From the IMG/VR virus record IMGVR_UViG_3300050501_000322: a stretch of 64,000 nucleotides of DNA; one strand, given 5' to 3'. Each line of letters opens with the position of its first letter. Position 1 is the stretch's first letter. The notes under the pieces were generated by a model. The model was not told where the DNA came from. It saw only the letters and a list, made by a program, of their open reading frames with translations, and did no database searches. This DNA is from a virus. This document shows, piece by piece, positions 17,026 through 25,935 of this stretch. Both the position numbers and the translations under genes were made by a program.

Positions 17026-17441
17026 CCAAGCTCCTCGCCATCGATCCCGGTGAGCGAACGGGCTGGGCGTACTTCTACGGCGACGAGCTTGCGCGCGCAG
17101 GTTACGGGACAAAGGAAGAAGTGCTCAGGTTTGCCGAGGCCATTGACCTTGTCGTGATTGAACGGCCTATGTGGTATGGCCGTGACAACAAGGTCGATGT
17201 GAACGATCTGATTGAGCTCGCAATCTTTGTCGGCGAGGTCAAGCATCAGTACCGGCGAATCGCCCGCGTCGAGCTTGTGATGCCGGTGACGTGGAAGGGG
17301 ACGGTGCCGAAGGAGATCCACAATCAGCGGGTGCTTCAGACGCTCCGTGGTTTTGAGCCAGACAAACTACCCGCGAAAAAAGATCACAACATGCTCGATG
17401 CCGTTGGGCTCGGGCTATGGAAGCTTAGGAGACTTGGATGA
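17022..17441 (+). CDS. RuvC-like Holliday junction resolvase (RNase H fold)
   Basis: LLAIDPGERTGWA, VVIERP, HNMLDAVGLG. Confidence 0.8.
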   Translation: MTKLLAIDPGERTGWAYFYGDELARAGYGTKEEVLRFAEAIDLVVIERPMWYGRDNKVDVNDLIELAIFVGEVKHQYRRIARVELVMPVTWKGTVPKEIHNQRVLQTLRGFEPDKLPAKKDHNMLDAVGLGLWKLRRLG

Positions 17442-18001
17442 TCGACCAACAAGTAAAGAAAGAGGCCCTCGCCTACGAGAACAGTGCGAACGGGACGCTG
17501 CTCGAAATCGAGCTCATGCCTTGGGAGTCGGATGCGGACGCAGAGTTTGGCGCGCAGGTGCTTCGCGAGGTCAAGGCGAACTTCAAGTCCATTGACGAGC
17601 GCCGGAAGGAGATCACCGTCCCGCTCAACGCGGCGCTGAACTCCGTGAACGGCCTCTTCCGACCGGCGCTCGACGTGCTTTCACGTTGTGAGAAGAATTT
17701 GAAGATGAAGCTCGCTGGTTATCAGGAGCGGAAGGAGCTCGCCAACCGGGCGGCGCTCGAGCTTGCTGCCGTGGCGCCGACGGCTGAAGAAGCCCGCGAA
17801 GCCGTGCAGCTTGTCGATCAGTCCGGTCCGCCGAAAGGGACTAGCGTCCGCTACGTCACGAAGTTCCGGGTCGTGAACCCGGAGCTCGTGCCGCGCGAGT
17901 ACTGCTCGCCCGACCCTGCGAAGATCAAGGCCGCGGCTCCCGGAACGGTGCCGGGCGTTGAGTGGTTCGAAGAACCGATCGTGAGCTCGAGGCGAGCATG
18001 A
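17438..18001 (+). CDS. coiled-coil phage protein (Gam/Gp157-like region)
   Basis: Helical N-terminus; C-terminal VNPELVPREY...IKAA...VPGVEW. Confidence 0.45.
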   Translation: MIDQQVKKEALAYENSANGTLLEIELMPWESDADAEFGAQVLREVKANFKSIDERRKEITVPLNAALNSVNGLFRPALDVLSRCEKNLKMKLAGYQERKELANRAALELAAVAPTAEEAREAVQLVDQSGPPKGTSVRYVTKFRVVNPELVPREYCSPDPAKIKAAAPGTVPGVEWFEEPIVSSRRA

Positions 18002-18198
18002 CCTTCGGACGGCTCCTCGCCGACGCCGCCAAGCGGCAGAACGTTTCGAAGTACCGACTCGCTGAGCTCTGGGACACGACTCCGAGTGACGTGAACAGGA
18101 TTCTGAATCGGAACTCGATCACCGAGCGGACGTTCAAGCGCTGCGCCCGTGCGCTCGGGATGGAAGTTTCGTGCAAGCTCGTCAGGAGGAAGAAGTGA
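17998..18198 (+). CDS. XRE/Cro-like HTH regulator
   Basis: SKYRLAELWDTTPSDVNRIL...ARALG. Confidence 0.7.
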   Translation: MTFGRLLADAAKRQNVSKYRLAELWDTTPSDVNRILNRNSITERTFKRCARALGMEVSCKLVRRKK

Positions 18199-18608
18199 TC
18201 CCCTCCGTGTACGTGGCTGGCGCGAGTAAGGAGCTCGAGCGCTGCAAGCGCTGGATCGCCGAGCTCGAGAAGACCGGCATCCGGGTCACGACTGACTGGA
18301 CGAAGCCGGTCGAGAAGTACGGCTCGGCAGGGCTCGAGCTCTCGCAGCCCGAGAAGTGGTTTTTCGCTCGCGGGAATCTCAGGGGCATCGACGAGGCGAC
18401 GTTGGTCTGGCTGCTCGCGCCGCCGCTAGAGGCGACGTCGGTCGGGATGTGGATCGAGTTTGGTTACGCGCTCTATGCGACGAATCGGAAGAAGATCTTG
18501 GTCAGCCCGCCGGTCTCGAACCGGTGCATCTTCGCGACGCTGCCGCAGGTGGTCGAGTTCGCGACTGACGAAGAGGTGTTTGCTTTTATCCAGGAGTACG
18601 GAGGCTAG
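18195..18608 (+). CDS. nucleoside 2-deoxyribosyltransferase-like protein
   Basis: VYVAG...NLRGIDEA...GMWIEFGYA. Confidence 0.7.
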   Translation: MIPSVYVAGASKELERCKRWIAELEKTGIRVTTDWTKPVEKYGSAGLELSQPEKWFFARGNLRGIDEATLVWLLAPPLEATSVGMWIEFGYALYATNRKKILVSPPVSNRCIFATLPQVVEFATDEEVFAFIQEYGG

Positions 18609-18610
18609 CT

Positions 18611-19207
18611 ATGAACATCGATATCCAGACCATGGACCCGGAGATTGCTAGGACGCACTATCTCGAGTACCGGCGTTCGGTTCGACAGCTTCGCGATAAG
18701 CGTCGTCGTGAGGCGGTGATGGAGGCCGACCGCGTGCACACAAAGCGCACGCAGATCGAGCGCGAGGAGAATGACCTCCGCGCAGCGTACCGTGCGATGA
18801 GCCTCGGCCAGCGCGTGATCGTCCTGCCGAGCGCGCTCCGGAAGGCCGGCTTCAACGAGCAGGGTCTCCCGAAGCTCGCCGTCGCGCGGGCGCACTGGGA
18901 GTGGTGTGAGTACGATTGCCACGCAGGAATCAGCCGTTTCATGGACGGAGCGTGCAAGATCGAAGTGCAGACTGGAGGTAGGGATTTTTGGCGTTATCGA
19001 TGCCGCGCGCTCGTGCCACCGGTACCGCCGCGCTTCAGGCCTGAGAAGCTTTACGACTATCACGTACTCTGGGAGGCCGAGTGGCAGAAGGCGCCTCCGG
19101 TCGACCCGATTCTCTTGAAGAAGGTCAGCGATAACGTTTACGTCGTGCTCGCGCAGTGGGACCTCACGGACCTCGAGCGGGCCGTGCTCGAGGGCAGGTT
19201 CGCGTGA
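18611..19207 (+). CDS. conserved phage hypothetical protein
   Basis: SD GGAGG; ILWE-like YHVLWEAEW...DPILLK...VLAQWDLT. Confidence 0.65.
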   Translation: MNIDIQTMDPEIARTHYLEYRRSVRQLRDKRRREAVMEADRVHTKRTQIEREENDLRAAYRAMSLGQRVIVLPSALRKAGFNEQGLPKLAVARAHWEWCEYDCHAGISRFMDGACKIEVQTGGRDFWRYRCRALVPPVPPRFRPEKLYDYHVLWEAEWQKAPPVDPILLKKVSDNVYVVLAQWDLTDLERAVLEGRFA

Positions 19208-19494
19208 CCAATGAACAGTACGACCACGTAGTCCAGCAGTGCATGTTGCTTGCCGGACTCGCAAACATACTTGATGGCAAGGAGATTGCCGTTGCGCTTG
19301 AGATGGCCGAGCGCTGTGACACGACCGGACCGATAGTGAACCCGACGCTCTGGCGCGCGGCCTCGCCAAGGCTCGAAGTGATCAAGCGGGTCATGCGCGC
19401 GATTCTTTCGATGAAGGGAAAGCTCCCGACCAGGGAGCAGTGCGAGCAGGCCGACGAAGAGAGTGACGCGCTCAGAAAGTTCTCGGGGATATGA
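19204..19494 (+). CDS. hypothetical protein
   Basis: GTG overlapping the upstream stop. Confidence 0.5.
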   Translation: MTNEQYDHVVQQCMLLAGLANILDGKEIAVALEMAERCDTTGPIVNPTLWRAASPRLEVIKRVMRAILSMKGKLPTREQCEQADEESDALRKFSGI

Positions 19495-19661
19495 TCTGCA
19501 AGGTCTACGACTGTAACGAGAAGGTGTCGGCGCACGGGTACTGCGGCGAGCACCACCGGAGAAAGATCTTGAGGCTCAAGGTAAAGCTTAGGAAGGTTCG
19601 CGAGGAGGAGCGGCGAGTCGGCGCCGAGCTCGCTCGGCTCTACTCGAGGAGCGGGCGGTGA
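19491..19661 (+). CDS. small zinc-binding protein (56 aa, below the ORF-track cutoff)
   Basis: MICKVYDC...HGYCGEH; 4-nt overlaps at both ends. Confidence 0.5.
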   Translation: MICKVYDCNEKVSAHGYCGEHHRRKILRLKVKLRKVREEERRVGAELARLYSRSGR

Positions 19662-19918
19662 CCGAACACGCGCTCAAGACCTGGCCGGTCTTCTTTGACG
19701 ACGTGCTTTCGGGCCGAAAGACTTTTGAGGTCCGGAAGAACGACCGAAACTTCCAGGAAGGCGACACGCTCCTGCTCGAGGAATGGGCGCCGGACGCTTA
19801 CGGCCCGAGCGGCGCGTATACGGGCCGGAAGATGCGCGTCGTCGTCCGGAGTGTGCTCCGTGGGCCGATACTTGGAATTCAAAAGGGATGGTGCGTGATG
19901 GGAGTGGGGCTGCTGTGA
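19658..19918 (+). CDS. ASCH/DUF3850-like protein
   Basis: LKTWPVFFDDVLSGRKTFEVRKNDRNFQEGDTLLLEEW. Confidence 0.85.
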   Translation: MTEHALKTWPVFFDDVLSGRKTFEVRKNDRNFQEGDTLLLEEWAPDAYGPSGAYTGRKMRVVVRSVLRGPILGIQKGWCVMGVGLL

Positions 19919-20112
19919 AAGTCTCCGACCTCCCGAAGCAGCCAGCCCCGCGCGGCACCTGCTGCGCGATGAAGCTCTCGACGAGGCACAATTCTCACGA
20001 CTCGAGCACCGACGACTGCCCATGGCGTCCGATCGTGATGCTCGCAGGAAAACCGCTCTGCTGGACGCACTTCAAGGCCGTCGAGGCCGGCTACCGCTCG
20101 CTGCCGACTTAA
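19915..20112 (+). CDS. small Cys-rich protein
   Basis: GTG overlap start; CC...C...CxxH. Confidence 0.4.
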   Translation: MKVSDLPKQPAPRGTCCAMKLSTRHNSHDSSTDDCPWRPIVMLAGKPLCWTHFKAVEAGYRSLPT

Positions 20113-20429
20113 TGGTAGACTCGAACTCGGTGTCCTTCCTGCCCGAGAGCCGAGCTCGCGAGAAGCGCGGAGTCGTGCGCTCTTCTGAGCACGGCAACCT
20201 GATTCCGATCTACTGCGCCAACTGCGGCAAGGCGTGGGGTCTCGTGCCCGAGCACCACGTGACGTTCGCGTTCGCCCTCTGCGACCCGTGCGCGGAGACC
20301 CACGGGGACGTCGCTCACTTGTACAAGGAGCCCGACTCGGTCTTCTGGGAGCGCGTTCAGAATGCCGAACGCGAGAGTGACCTCTCGAAGATCGCTCGCG
20401 AGTGGGAGGAGCACGTTGCCCGCTCCTAA
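20112..20429 (+). CDS. zinc-ribbon protein
   Basis: TAATG coupling; CANC...CDPC. Confidence 0.55.
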   Translation: MVDSNSVSFLPESRAREKRGVVRSSEHGNLIPIYCANCGKAWGLVPEHHVTFAFALCDPCAETHGDVAHLYKEPDSVFWERVQNAERESDLSKIAREWEEHVARS

Positions 20430-20628
20430 GGCTGATCCTGTCCCGTGTGACGTCTGGGGTTGCGGCCACCTCGCATCCCGCTGCACGGACGGCAGCGAGG
20501 AGGACGTGCAGGGTCTCGGTAGGAAGGCCCTGCCGAACTTGAACGTCTGTGACCATCACCTGAACTGGCCGCACTCGGACGACGCCAGGACCTTCGCCGC
20601 CAGCGAGCGATACCGCGGAAGGAAATAG
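20416..20628 (+). CDS. small Cys/His protein
   Basis: GGAGGA then TTG 20416; CDVWGC...C...CDHH. Confidence 0.4.
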   Translation: MPAPKADPVPCDVWGCGHLASRCTDGSEEDVQGLGRKALPNLNVCDHHLNWPHSDDARTFAASERYRGRK

Positions 20629-20630
20629 CC

Positions 20631-21113
20631 GTGCCTCTCTTCTACACGTGCGTCCCGGGCGCGATCCAGACCACGAACGCGGCTCCGCTCACCGCCAACG
20701 ACTGCTTCTTCGTTAGTCCCGGAGCGACGCGTACGGTGTGGGTGAACGCGATCTACCCGACCGGTCGCGGAGCTTCCCTGACCTCGATCTCGGGCATCAG
20801 CTACCGACTCGAGAAGTGGACTACGACGAAGAGCTCGGGAGGCTCGGCCATCACTCCGTCGCCGAAGGATCCAGGCTATCAGGCAGCGCTTCACACCTCG
20901 GCCTTCGCTGTCGGCGCGCTCACGTCCGGCACGGGAGGCCCGACCCTCATGCTCTCGATCGGTAGCGGCGCCACGAGCCCCGGTAACTGGATCGCGCCCA
21001 CGCTCGACCAGGCCTACTCGCTCGCTGCGGCCGCGAACCAGAGCCTCGACATCTTCAGCGCTTCGGGTGCGGCGTCGCAGAACTTCGAGCTCTCGGTCGA
21101 CACGGTCGAGTAG
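20631..21113 (+). CDS. putative virion protein (beta-rich)
   Basis: Ser/Thr/Gly/Ala-rich 160 aa with alternating hydrophobic strands. Confidence 0.5.
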   Translation: MPLFYTCVPGAIQTTNAAPLTANDCFFVSPGATRTVWVNAIYPTGRGASLTSISGISYRLEKWTTTKSSGGSAITPSPKDPGYQAALHTSAFAVGALTSGTGGPTLMLSIGSGATSPGNWIAPTLDQAYSLAAAANQSLDIFSASGAASQNFELSVDTVE

Positions 21114-21116
21114 TCA

Positions 21117-21461
21117 ATGGGGGCTTCCGGCTCGACCACGATCGATTTCGGGGCGTTTCCCGGTAATCTCGACGCAACGGTCACGATCACGGGCCAGGCC
21201 GGCATCATCGCCTCGTCACTCGTCGAGGCTTGGGTGATGCCAAAGGACACGGCGGACCACTCGGCCGACGAGCACATGGTCGAGCAGCTCGAGGTCTACG
21301 CAAACGCGCAGAGCATTGTCCCGGGGACGGGCTTCGACATTCGGGGATTCCTGAAGCAAGACATATTTATGCGTGAGCCGATGCTCAATAGAGAGCAATT
21401 TCACGCCTTGACGCACCCGAAGATCTGGGGCCTCTGGACTGTTGGGTGGGTATGGATCTGA
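21117..21461 (+). CDS. putative virion protein
   Basis: TIDFG...TVTITGQAGI...WV pattern typical of fibre/spike accessory proteins. Confidence 0.5.
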   Translation: MGASGSTTIDFGAFPGNLDATVTITGQAGIIASSLVEAWVMPKDTADHSADEHMVEQLEVYANAQSIVPGTGFDIRGFLKQDIFMREPMLNREQFHALTHPKIWGLWTVGWVWI

Positions 21462-21462
21462 C

Positions 21463-22113
21463 ATGGCTATTCAAGGTGCAGGGAACAGTGGCGTCATTTG
21501 GGAAGTCAGCTCCTACAAACGTGGGCTGGCAGTTTGTCCTGTTGGTCGGGCTCCTTCGTACTCGACTGCAAACATTACTGGCACGATGGCTGCGGCGCTC
21601 GGCGCTAACAGCTCCATCTTCGCGATGCGACTCGACCCGGCAGCGGGAGCCTCATACAAGGCGTACATCGAGCAGATCCGAATTCAGTTCACGACCATCG
21701 TCGCGTTCACGACACCGATCACGGCTGGTAGGAGGCTTGCTCTCTTCCGTGGTTCCGGAGCGGCCACTACCGGCGGCACGGCCGTTGCTCTGGCCGCGAA
21801 GAAGGACACGGCGGACGGAAACAGCCAGTTCAACTCAGGTGAAGGCGGTGACATCCGGATCGCGACGACGGCGGCACTCGGAGTTGCCGGAATAACTTTT
21901 GAGGCCGATCCGCTGCGGCTGATGACGCTCGTTCACGTAGGGACTGCCGGAGCCCACTACGAGGCGGTCTGGGAATTTAGCGCGAACGTTTCGGGCGGTT
22001 CTTGTGTCTTGAATCAGGGCGAGCTCTTCGCGATTCGAAATCCGGCCGCGATGGACGCCGCTGGAACCTGGCAGCTCGGCGTGAGCGTCGACTGGTACGA
22101 GGGTAACATCTAG
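21463..22113 (+). CDS. putative virion protein (beta-rich)
   Basis: Ala/Gly/Thr-rich, strand-rich; ends LGVSVDWYE. Confidence 0.5.
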   Translation: MAIQGAGNSGVIWEVSSYKRGLAVCPVGRAPSYSTANITGTMAAALGANSSIFAMRLDPAAGASYKAYIEQIRIQFTTIVAFTTPITAGRRLALFRGSGAATTGGTAVALAAKKDTADGNSQFNSGEGGDIRIATTAALGVAGITFEADPLRLMTLVHVGTAGAHYEAVWEFSANVSGGSCVLNQGELFAIRNPAAMDAAGTWQLGVSVDWYEGNI

Positions 22114-22124
22114 GATCGGGAGCG

Positions 22125-23399
22125 GTGTCGCTCCTCCTCTCGCAGCTCGCCCCGGCCGCTGACTTTCCCGGCGAGGAGCACTCGCCGTTTGTCGCGACCT
22201 TCGTCGCGGCAGCTCTCATCCTCACTCCGGTATCTGAGGAGTTTGGCGGGGCACTCCCGACCGAAGACGTCGGCACGTCTTCCGATGTTGCTGCGTTCAT
22301 CGTGTTGCCGCCGGTCCTCGCGTCGGTCTCGGAAGAGTTTGTAGAGACACCCGTCGTAACAGTCGCGGCAGAGGAGACGGGGTCTCTGCCGGCGCTGATT
22401 CCGGTCGACAGTCCGGCTCCGCAAGCGTTGGCGGCCGAAGACGTATTCGCCGGGTCGCTGCCATTCGAAGAAGTTTCAAATCAGCAGACGATCACTCAGC
22501 CGGTTTGGATTTCGTGGTCTTTTGCCGAGCCCTTCGTTGAAGAGCTGCCCAGTGTGCTCCCGCTCGAAGAGTGGTCCTCACCTCCGACGTTTCAGGAGCC
22601 AATTTGGATCGGAATCAACTTCTCTGAAGAGTTCGTCGGGGAGGAGATTCCTCCGCCACCGCCTCCGCCGCCTCCGCCACCTCCACCTCTGACTCGCGAA
22701 CGGCAGATCGTTCATGCTTCGGGTAGAGGGTTCAACCTCACAGACTGCATTGAAGCCGTGGGTGAGGAGGTCGTTGAGTGCCTGACCGTCGACGACGTCC
22801 GGTGCCTGGTCGACGAGATCCGCGCTCGCTCCGAGACTGATGAAGTGAGGAGTTGGACGAAGAAGAAGCTAGCCGGAACTGAGGGTGAGACGCCGCGTGC
22901 GCGCGTGCTGCTTCGAGAAGTGCAGGAGGTCCCGTCGATTGATCCCATCTGCGGGAGCGCTCCGCTCGCGCGCGTCGCACTCTACGGGGCAGCCGCGGTC
23001 TCGGACGGGCTCGACGTTCGGGTCGCGGTGCATTCGTATTCGGGAAACAGGGTCGACCGGGTTCTGATCGCGCTTCGGGCCGACAGCACCTGGCACTACG
23101 CCGATCCGAACGGAAGCTTGCCGTTCGGGCACGCGATGCCGTTTTTGTCGGTCAGGTTCTACGAGCCGGCTCGCAGACGGGAGGTGAAGATAGCCACCGC
23201 TGCGATTGATCAGAATCTTCAGCAGATGGTGAACGCTATTTTGACCGAGTCGCCGACAGAAATGCGAGCCATTGAGCGAGTCAAATCGCGTAGAATTCCG
23301 GGGATCTGGTTGGTCCTAGTCGGTGTCCTGGTCGGCCTCGCGCTCGCGCCTTCTTTCCCATCGCCGAAGCGTCGGAAGAGGCGCCGGCGCCGCCGGTAA
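22125..23399 (+). CDS. membrane-anchored protein with a degenerate transglutaminase-like domain
   Basis: Acidic N-half, poly-Pro linker, GLDVRVAVHSY...WHYADP matching the protease at 25936, C-terminal TM then KRRKRRRRRR. Confidence 0.6.
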   Translation: MSLLLSQLAPAADFPGEEHSPFVATFVAAALILTPVSEEFGGALPTEDVGTSSDVAAFIVLPPVLASVSEEFVETPVVTVAAEETGSLPALIPVDSPAPQALAAEDVFAGSLPFEEVSNQQTITQPVWISWSFAEPFVEELPSVLPLEEWSSPPTFQEPIWIGINFSEEFVGEEIPPPPPPPPPPPPPLTRERQIVHASGRGFNLTDCIEAVGEEVVECLTVDDVRCLVDEIRARSETDEVRSWTKKKLAGTEGETPRARVLLREVQEVPSIDPICGSAPLARVALYGAAAVSDGLDVRVAVHSYSGNRVDRVLIALRADSTWHYADPNGSLPFGHAMPFLSVRFYEPARRREVKIATAAIDQNLQQMVNAILTESPTEMRAIERVKSRRIPGIWLVLVGVLVGLALAPSFPSPKRRKRRRRRR

Positions 23400-23401
23400 A
23401 C

Positions 23402-23956
23402 TTGACGCCGTTCTGGTATCGAAGCTACCCTATTCCGGTGCCACTCATTACCAGGGTCGTGTTGAAGAGCGGGGAGACGTACGAACTCGGCAAGGCGTGG
23501 CCGGTCTTGAACCAGAAGGAGGGGAGCAAGGGGCTCGTTCTGGTCGGCCTGATCTGGCTCTGTCCGGCCGAGCAGGACGAGGACGGGGCGACGGTCTTAC
23601 CGCCCCATTACGAGATCTGGGGCGTCCCGAAGAGCCTGCTCGAGAACTTCTTCAACCCGGCGCAGCGCGCGCTTTTCAAGACTGATCCGACTGAGCTCGA
23701 GGTCTGGAAACAGGATCTCTTCGCCCAGGACCTCGCCGCGCACAAGATCGTCTATCGCAGGAACATCTACTTTCACCAGGTGGCCTACGACGAAGAGAGC
23801 TGGCCGACCGAGTCGGCGCTCAAGGAAATTATCGAGCAGGTCATTAACCCAGTCTTCGCACCCGAAGACGACGGAGACGACGAGCCGCCGTCCGGGACCG
23901 TTCAAGTCGTTCCGACGAACGGGACTGAATCGAAGTCGGCGGAGCCGGTGGCGTGA
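23402..23956 (+). CDS. hypothetical protein
   Basis: 184-aa ORF, TTG start, coupled. Confidence 0.55.
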   Translation: MTPFWYRSYPIPVPLITRVVLKSGETYELGKAWPVLNQKEGSKGLVLVGLIWLCPAEQDEDGATVLPPHYEIWGVPKSLLENFFNPAQRALFKTDPTELEVWKQDLFAQDLAAHKIVYRRNIYFHQVAYDEESWPTESALKEIIEQVINPVFAPEDDGDDEPPSGTVQVVPTNGTESKSAEPVA

Positions 23957-24141
23957 ATCGAGAGCCTGGTCAGCGGCTTGTAGTGACCTTGAGGCCGCGG
24001 ACGAGGGCGCTCTTGCTCCAGCTTTCAGAGGAATACGGCTTGTCTCAGAGCGCGATCGTGAACACTGCTATCTTGGAGATGCACAGGCGCGCTGAGCTCG
24101 GTCGCCGAAAGGAAGAAAAACGTGGCAACGGTCACCCTTGA
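23953..24141 (+). CDS. ribbon-helix-helix (CopG/Arc-like) regulator
   Basis: RLVVTL strand then LLQLSEEYGLSQSAIVNTAI. Confidence 0.65.
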   Translation: MNREPGQRLVVTLRPRTRALLLQLSEEYGLSQSAIVNTAILEMHRRAELGRRKEEKRGNGHP

Positions 24142-24436
24142 GTACGCAATTTCGGCGGGAGTCCATCCGCTCGCGAGCCTCGTGACGAAGGTCGCTGGCG
24201 TGCCGCTTTTTCGCGGCGAGCTCGATCTGATCGGCATGACCGTCTCGAGCGACGACACGGTCATCAATGGTAGCGAAGTCAAGCGAACGATCGTGCTCGA
24301 GACAACCGATGAAGGCGACGAGAATTTTCCGACCGCCGAGGCTCTGACGTACGCGACGAAGGGGCTCTACGGTCAGTCGCTAGCGCTCTGCGTGCCCGCG
24401 CAGGTGACCGAAGAAGCGCCAGTGGTCGTGCTCTGA
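24122..24436 (+). CDS. hypothetical protein
   Basis: 104-aa ORF with purine-rich SD. Confidence 0.55.
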   Translation: MATVTLEYAISAGVHPLASLVTKVAGVPLFRGELDLIGMTVSSDDTVINGSEVKRTIVLETTDEGDENFPTAEALTYATKGLYGQSLALCVPAQVTEEAPVVVL

Positions 24437-24444
24437 GAGAGACA

Positions 24445-25896
24445 ATGGCCAAAGACGAAGAAGTTGACGAGACCGAGGCGGAGGACGAGGTCGAAGAGGA
24501 GGAAGAGGAGCGCCCGCCGCCGAAGAAGAAGCACAGGGTCAAGCGCCAGTACAATTTCTCGACGCGCGCTCACGGCTCCCCCGGAGGGAAAAATCTCTAC
24601 CCGAAGGGGACGCCGGTAGACGCCCGCGGCATCCCGCTCGAAAATGTGGACCTCGATCGTGAAACGTTTCAGCGAATCGGCGGTCTAGATCCCGAGAGCG
24701 CTCGGCTGAACGAGCAGAGTAAGCGCGTGCTCGAGAGAAAAGCGCGCGGCGAGACGATGGTGAAATGGAACTCCGACGCGCACACGCGTTACTGGGAGGC
24801 CAGGCGCATCTATCCGCGAGCCAAAATCGCAATCTGGCAGGAGCTGCCTGTTAAGGACGACGGTCTAGCTCCGGTAAGTTTCTCCATTTGTCCGACGTTC
24901 GACGACCTGAAGCAGCACGTGCGCGAGAGGTACTGGAAAGGCAATCACGCCATCTACGGGTGGAGAGTCTACGAGGACAACTACGCGAATCTGGCCATTG
25001 GAAGTTTCGAGTTTGCGGAGAACTACGACTGGGAGCCGAATGGTCGGCGCGAGCCCGCTCCTAGCCCGCAGCAGGCTGCGCCTCAGCAGCAACAGAATCC
25101 ATTCGGTCAGTTCGGGATGCCCGGCGTGATGATGCCTGGAGCTAATGGTATGCCGCCGATCTTCATGCCGCAGCCGCAGCAGCAGCAGAATCCGGTCGCA
25201 GCGCCGGCCGCTCCAGCGCAACCTGGCGACCCGATGGCCGTGATTGGCCCGCTGCTCAACTATCTCTTGCCGCTGATCAGCAATCAGGCCCAGCAGGCGG
25301 CGTATCTCCAGAACCTGCCCCAGGTCATTGAGGCAAAGGTGAAGGAGGCCGCTCCGCCACCGGCGCCGCCAGCTCCTCCCGCTCCACCTCCGCCCACGCC
25401 CGTCGAGCAGATGGAGCAGGCCGCATCGATCATCTCGACCGTGAATCGAGCAGGGCGAGCCATTGCGACTTCGCTCGGTTTCCAGCAGAACCAGCAAGCG
25501 AACGAAGCTCCGCCCGCTGACGGCGAGGACGACTTCCCGCTCCAGGTGCGGCGCATTCCCGGAACGCCCTTCAACGCCGCGGCTCAGGACGGCAAGGTCG
25601 TTAATAGCCTGCTGATGCAGGGAGCAGTGAATGCTGGGCCTGTGATTGGTATCGTTGACAACTTCTTCAAGCGCTTGGCCGACTCGAAGAAGGAAGCCGC
25701 GGAGATCGAGCTCAAGACTATCGAGGCCAAGCGGCAGTGGGAGGAGCAGCGACTCGCGAATCTCGAGCGAGCAGCGAGCCTGCAGCGCGAGATGCAGGCG
25801 CCAAAGGCTACTGAACCTGAAGACTGGAAGGCACCGCCGTGGGCGGTCGAGCGAGGGCCCGCAGTTCCGCCTCAGGATCCGGAGCCGACGAGCTGA
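24445..25896 (+). CDS. large Gln/Pro-rich protein, possible scaffold or membrane organiser
   Basis: Acidic N-terminus, central aromatic domain, QQQ/PPAP tracts, C-terminal coiled coil. Confidence 0.6.
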   Translation: MAKDEEVDETEAEDEVEEEEEERPPPKKKHRVKRQYNFSTRAHGSPGGKNLYPKGTPVDARGIPLENVDLDRETFQRIGGLDPESARLNEQSKRVLERKARGETMVKWNSDAHTRYWEARRIYPRAKIAIWQELPVKDDGLAPVSFSICPTFDDLKQHVRERYWKGNHAIYGWRVYEDNYANLAIGSFEFAENYDWEPNGRREPAPSPQQAAPQQQQNPFGQFGMPGVMMPGANGMPPIFMPQPQQQQNPVAAPAAPAQPGDPMAVIGPLLNYLLPLISNQAQQAAYLQNLPQVIEAKVKEAAPPPAPPAPPAPPPPTPVEQMEQAASIISTVNRAGRAIATSLGFQQNQQANEAPPADGEDDFPLQVRRIPGTPFNAAAQDGKVVNSLLMQGAVNAGPVIGIVDNFFKRLADSKKEAAEIELKTIEAKRQWEEQRLANLERAASLQREMQAPKATEPEDWKAPPWAVERGPAVPPQDPEPTS

Positions 25897-25935
25897 GCTT
25901 GTCGTCGGTCGCCTCTCGGTGGCACACTGGAGTTC

